DNA from: an uncultured Candidatus Actinomarina sp.
GTDB lineage: Bacteria > Actinomycetota > Acidimicrobiia > Actinomarinales > Actinomarinaceae
Assembly (NCBI GenBank): GCA_902555985.1
Contig: CACDUI010000003.1
Location: forward strand, 12,432 to 76,431
Length of the DNA stretch: 64,000 nt
Reading direction: 5' to 3'
Shown here: positions 59,711-64,000 of the stretch, in pieces
How the letters are laid out: every line of letters starts with the position of its first letter
Position numbering within the stretch: the stretch's first letter is position 1
Position numbers and translations under genes: made by a program
The notes under the pieces: model-generated
The model's database searches: none
The model's input: the letters and a program-made list of their open reading frames with translations, nothing else
What the model was told of the DNA's origin: nothing

Positions 59711-61372
59711 ATGGCAAAAATATCTGATGACGTAACACAAGGTGTAAACAAATCTGCTGCGCGTGCAATGCTTCGTGCAGTTGGACTAAAGGATGATGAT
59801 TTTAATAAATTTCAAGTTGGCATTGTCTCTGCTGGTAATGAAGTAACACCATGTAATCTCACAGGACCTGAATTATCTGAACATGCAAAGGTAGGAGTTA
59901 ATGGTCCAGATTCTGCAGGATTAATTTTTTCAACTATTGCAGTTTCTGACGGTATTTCTATGGGTCATGAAGGAATGAGAGCTTCACTTGTCTCTAGAGA
60001 AGTTATAGCAGACTCAGTTGAATTAGTTATGCACGCTGAAAGATTCGATGGAATGGTTACAATAGCTGGATGCGATAAGTCGTTACCAGGTATGTTGATG
60101 GCTGCAGGAAGAATTAATAGACCTGCCATATTTCTTTATGGCGGAAGTAGTTTGCCTGGTGTTTACAACGGTAAAGATATATCTATAGTCGATGTTTTTG
60201 AAGGTATTGGCGCGTATGAAAAAGGAATGATATCAAAGGAAGATTTATATGAAATTGAGTGTGCAGCATGTCCTGGAGTAGGCTCCTGTGCAGGAATGTT
60301 TACCGCAAATACTATGGCATCTGTTGGTGAAGCTATAGGTATGAGCTTACCTGGCACTGCGTCAATACCAGCAGAGGATGATAGATTAAGGGTGGCTGCC
60401 AAAGAATCAGGTAAACAATTAAATTATCTATTAAAGAACGATATAAAACCTCGAGATATTATGACTAAAGATGCATTCACCAATGCAATAACAACTGTTC
60501 TTGCATTAGGAGGTAGTTCAAATGCCGTACTTCATCTGTTAGCTATCGCGCATGAGTCAAAAATGGACTTAGGTTTAGAATCTTTTGATCAGCTAAGTCG
60601 CAATGTGCCACATCTTGCAGATATGAAACCATTTGGAAAATTTCATATGGTTGATTTAGATAAAATTGGTGGTGTACCTGTTGTTTCAAAAATACTTTTA
60701 GAAAATAATCTAATAAATCCCGATTGTTTGACTGTTACTGGAATGACTGTTGGAGAAAATTTAGAGAAAGTAGAAATACCGAAAAATCAAGATGTTATCA
60801 GTTTTCCTGACAATCCAATATCTAAAGAGGGAGGTATAGCTGTCTTGAAGGGTAGTTTGTCACCAAAAGGTTCAGTAGTCAAAACTGCTGGAATTGATGT
60901 CAATAATTTTTCAGGACCAGCAAATGTATTTGACAGTGAACAAGATGCACTAGATGCACTTTTTAATGGTGATATAGAAAAGGGTCAGGTAGTTGTAATA
61001 AGAAATGAGGGACCAAAGGGAGGTCCAGGCATGAGAGAAATGCTACAAATAACTGCAGCAATCAAAGGTGCTGGGCTTGGCAAAGATGTTTTGTTAATTA
61101 CAGATGGAAGATTTTCAGGAGGTACAACTGGTTTATGTATAGGCCATGTAGCTCCCGAAAGTTTTGATAAAGGACCTATATCTATATGTAAAGATGGAGA
61201 CATTATTAGTCTTGATATTTCAAACAGAACTATAGATTTAAACATATCTGAACAGGAAATGAATAAACGGCTTGGGTTACTCACTCTTCCAGAACCTCGA
61301 TATAATTCTGGGGTGCTCTTCAAGTATTCTAAATTGGTCAGCGGTTCAGACACCGGAGCAGTTACAAATTAA
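59711..61372 (+). CDS. ilvD: Dihydroxy-acid dehydratase
   Basis: [52 protein letters not shown]. Confidence 0.97.
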   Translation: MAKISDDVTQGVNKSAARAMLRAVGLKDDDFNKFQVGIVSAGNEVTPCNLTGPELSEHAKVGVNGPDSAGLIFSTIAVSDGISMGHEGMRASLVSREVIADSVELVMHAERFDGMVTIAGCDKSLPGMLMAAGRINRPAIFLYGGSSLPGVYNGKDISIVDVFEGIGAYEKGMISKEDLYEIECAACPGVGSCAGMFTANTMASVGEAIGMSLPGTASIPAEDDRLRVAAKESGKQLNYLLKNDIKPRDIMTKDAFTNAITTVLALGGSSNAVLHLLAIAHESKMDLGLESFDQLSRNVPHLADMKPFGKFHMVDLDKIGGVPVVSKILLENNLINPDCLTVTGMTVGENLEKVEIPKNQDVISFPDNPISKEGGIAVLKGSLSPKGSVVKTAGIDVNNFSGPANVFDSEQDALDALFNGDIEKGQVVVIRNEGPKGGPGMREMLQITAAIKGAGLGKDVLLITDGRFSGGTTGLCIGHVAPESFDKGPISICKDGDIISLDISNRTIDLNISEQEMNKRLGLLTLPEPRYNSGVLFKYSKLVSGSDTGAVTN

Positions 61373-61377
61373 ATAAC

Positions 61378-62148
61378 ATGATTTTTATATCGGATGTCCA
61401 CTATCAATTAGATCATCTCAACTCTTTGCCGAAAAACAAAGGTCCAATTGTAATATTAGGTGATTTAATTAACTGGATTGATTACAGAGACGGACAAGGG
61501 ATTGCTATGGATGTATTTGGGAAAGACAATGTGAAAAAATTAGTTAACTTGCGAAAGGAACATAGGTTTGATGAAAGAAAAAGTCTCTGGAAAGAACTTT
61601 ATCAAAATGATCCAGATGAAATATCAAAAAAAATGCAAAATGCTATTTTAAAACAATATGAAGATGTTTTCGGTGTACTTAAGAATTATGAAGTTTGGTT
61701 TATACCTGGCAATGTAGACGATGTAAATATTATGAATTCATATACAAACAATTCAATTAAGAATGTAGATGGTCTAATCGTGGAATACAATAATAAAAAA
61801 ATTGGATTTGCGGGCGGTGGTGTTCCAACACCAATTAATGCTAGAGGTGAAATTGATGAAGATACTTTTTCTGAAACTTTGTCCACATTAAGAGAATCAG
61901 AAATTATTTGTACGCACGCACCACCATTAGTGGATGAATTAGTAACGGATGTTATAACAAATAAAATTGAACAAGGATGGCCAGCTTTAAAAGAATTTAT
62001 TGAAAAGTATCAGCCCCAGTTTTCATTATTTGGTGACGTTCATCAGCCACAAGCTTCAAATTGGGTTATAAAATCAACAAGGTGTATTAATGTAGGTTAT
62101 TTTCGAGCAACTAATCAATATTTAGAATTATCATCAATTTATATATGA
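61378..62148 (+). CDS. Metallophosphoesterase (calcineurin-like)
   Basis: SDVH, LGDL, PGNVD, THAPP, FGDVHQP (G.H variant). Confidence 0.85.
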   Translation: MIFISDVHYQLDHLNSLPKNKGPIVILGDLINWIDYRDGQGIAMDVFGKDNVKKLVNLRKEHRFDERKSLWKELYQNDPDEISKKMQNAILKQYEDVFGVLKNYEVWFIPGNVDDVNIMNSYTNNSIKNVDGLIVEYNNKKIGFAGGGVPTPINARGEIDEDTFSETLSTLRESEIICTHAPPLVDELVTDVITNKIEQGWPALKEFIEKYQPQFSLFGDVHQPQASNWVIKSTRCINVGYFRATNQYLELSSIYI

Positions 62149-63059
62149 ATTGCTTATCTTTTGATGTTGGAGGTACAACTGTAAAATACGGTTTGATAAA
62201 TTCATCTCACAAAGTTTTAAAGAAAGATAAGTTTCCTACACCAGAAAATGAAGAAGAATTAATTTACTTGTTTTCTAAAATTATTAAAGATAATTTATCA
62301 GATATTTCAAAAATTTCAGTGGCGATGCCAGGTTACGTAAGTGTAGCTAACAACAAATATTTGTACGGCCCACATTTACAATATGATATTGATTTTTCAA
62401 AATTAACAAATTTTTCAGAATACGATTTTTATTTAGACAATGATGGCAATGTGGCAGCTTATTGTGAATATATTTTAAATTATAAAAACAAATATTCAAA
62501 TTTAATAATGTTAACTTTTGGTACAGGAGTCGGTGGGGGAATAATATCTGAAGGTAAATTATTAAGAGGAAAAGGAAATGCAGGTGAGATTGGGCATATG
62601 CTTACCTCTAATGATAGAGAAGTCGAAGGTGACAGTGGAAAAAGAGGTAGTTTTGAACAATCGGTCGCTGCATCAGTATGGACAAAGAAATGTATAGAAT
62701 TAACTGAGGAAAATCATGATTCAGAACTTTCCAAAAAATTTGCTATCAAAAATGTTGGATCAGTACTGTTTGATAATGAACTGAGTTTAACTAATTCAGA
62801 AACTGCTGTTAGAGATGAAATAATTCAAAACATCTCAAATGGACTGTTAAGTTTGTTTGAGATATTCGACAATGAAGCTTTTGTTCTTGGGGGAACTATG
62901 TCTTCTGAACCTTTTGATTTAATTAAGCTTATACAAAGTGATATAAAGAATAGATTTAAATTTCCATCTCGAAATTTCCCTGAGATATTTATTGCTTCAC
63001 AAGGAGAAGATTCTGGAATAATTGGCGCAGCAGCTTTAGCTTTTAATGAACAAAATTAA
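62145..63059 (+). CDS. ROK-family sugar kinase (glucokinase-like)
   Basis: DVGGT, DNDGN.AA..E, TFGTGVGGG, AGEIGH, G.FE, G.IGAA. Confidence 0.9.
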   Translation: MNCLSFDVGGTTVKYGLINSSHKVLKKDKFPTPENEEELIYLFSKIIKDNLSDISKISVAMPGYVSVANNKYLYGPHLQYDIDFSKLTNFSEYDFYLDNDGNVAAYCEYILNYKNKYSNLIMLTFGTGVGGGIISEGKLLRGKGNAGEIGHMLTSNDREVEGDSGKRGSFEQSVAASVWTKKCIELTEENHDSELSKKFAIKNVGSVLFDNELSLTNSETAVRDEIIQNISNGLLSLFEIFDNEAFVLGGTMSSEPFDLIKLIQSDIKNRFKFPSRNFPEIFIASQGEDSGIIGAAALAFNEQN

Positions 63060-63729
63060 TTCTGTTTTACTGCCTGGGTCATTTTTCACAAATGATTATG
63101 TTGAAAAAGCAAAAAAATTAACTTCACTAGAAATTGATACTATATATTTTTATGATCATACGGTAAATCCTGTTGATAAAAATCTAGAGGTTTATCAATT
63201 AATAGATGGACTTTATAAGCTCTACGATATTGTAAAAAATGATATAAGTTTGGGTGTATGTGTGTTGAATATTAATTCAAGACCCCATCAGAATTTGTTC
63301 CAGGATTATATAAATAAATTACTAGACATAAAAAACTTTAAATTAGGAGTAGGAACTGGTGATGATAAATTTGAAAAAAGAAAGAATTTTTCAAACAATG
63401 TTGAACAAATTATAAATGAAGTAAAATCTTCAAAAAAGTTTGAATCAAACAATACTCAATTATTTATTGGAGGAAATTCAAAAGAAAAACTTAATTTTAT
63501 GAAAAAGTATGATCTAGGAATAAATCAATGGATGGGTACTAAAAAAGCTTTTCAAGAAAAAGAGTCAATATACAATAAAATAAAACATCCTATAGGAAGA
63601 TTGAGTATATGCTTGAATCCTGATAACCCAATTATTTTTAAAAGTGATTTGAGTTATGAAAAAATATTTGTATTAAAAGATTCAAATAATGAGATTTTTT
63701 ATAAAACACTAGATAATATTTTTAAATGA
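63046..63729 (+). CDS. Short, degenerate luciferase-like monooxygenase (LLM)-fold protein
   Basis: YFYDH, LG.CVLN...R, LGVGTG, LFIGG in LLM order; only 227 aa. Confidence 0.5.
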   Translation: MNKINSVLLPGSFFTNDYVEKAKKLTSLEIDTIYFYDHTVNPVDKNLEVYQLIDGLYKLYDIVKNDISLGVCVLNINSRPHQNLFQDYINKLLDIKNFKLGVGTGDDKFEKRKNFSNNVEQIINEVKSSKKFESNNTQLFIGGNSKEKLNFMKKYDLGINQWMGTKKAFQEKESIYNKIKHPIGRLSICLNPDNPIIFKSDLSYEKIFVLKDSNNEIFYKTLDNIFK

Positions 63730-64000
63730 ATAAGTTCAGCAACGATTTAATAAATAATTTTCCAGAATATTTATTTAATGAAATCAATCAAAAGAAAATT
63801 TCTGCTCGTCATTCCGGAAAAGATATAATTGATTTAGGTTATGGAAATCCAGACCTACCAACTCATGAAAAAGTTGTTGAAAAGCTGATTGAAACAGCGA
63901 AGATTAAAAAAAATCACAAATATTCAGTTTCAAAAGGGATATATGGACTTAGGGAAGCTATATCAAAAAAATATGAAAGTAATTATCAAGTAAGTCTTGA
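63726..64000 (+). CDS. PLP-dependent class I/II aminotransferase (AlaC/DapL-like), 3'-truncated by the window edge
   Basis: Manual translation MNKFSNDLINNFPEYLF...GKDIIDLGYGNPDLPT...HKYS.SKGI..LR.AI. Confidence 0.85.
   Translation, partial: MNKFSNDLINNFPEYLFNEINQKKISARHSGKDIIDLGYGNPDLPTHEKVVEKLIETAKIKKNHKYSVSKGIYGLREAISKKYESNYQVSL

Noticed and set aside
1082..61886. Many 60-125 aa ORFs antisense to or nested in long genes (e.g. 1082, 2311, 3661, 4594, 15463, 27411, 42181, 55285, 60985)
   Set aside because: They lie fully within well-supported CDSs, have no motifs and show typical antisense-frame composition
1..64000. CRISPR array, rRNA, IS elements or long tandem repeats
   Set aside because: No intergenic gap is long enough and no periodic repeats were seen

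Overview
Very AT-rich (roughly 30% GC by eye, not computed), extremely gene-dense bacterial chromosome segment. Gene orders are actinobacterial (uppS-glyQS-dnaG-tRNA-Asn/tRNA-Ile2; Nif3-zinc ribbon-RNase HI near rnpB; F420-type LLM; DEDD/GIY-YIG fusion). By inference it comes from a streamlined marine actinobacterium resembling Ca. Actinomarina. Layout: (1) 1-4.1 kb core genes and two tRNAs; (2) about 4.1-33.5 kb, a tRNA-flanked, integrase-free cell-envelope glycan island with an LCP, two initiating transferases, three Wzy/WaaL-like proteins, Wzx, six GT4-like enzymes, nucleotide-sugar enzymes, an AsnB-type amidotransferase and a heparinase II/III protein; (3) ppc, an M15 peptidase, an MMPL transporter, the Nif3/RNase H cluster, an F420 LLM plus TauE, and a compact RNase P RNA; (4) a 14 kb minus-strand run ilvBNC-leuAB-nitroreductase-trmH-exonuclease-ccmABCEFHIG headed by an unannotated Leu/Val/Ile leader-peptide attenuator; (5) queG, ilvD, a phosphoesterase, a ROK kinase, a degenerate LLM and a truncated aminotransferase. 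The most unusual items are a WaaL/Wzy protein with a roughly 260-aa insert resembling a circularly permuted LamG/ConA lectin, a probable ATT start codon, the BCAA attenuator, and a System I Ccm cluster lacking ccmD. No CRISPR array, IS element or prophage was seen. All calls come from motif reading without database searches.
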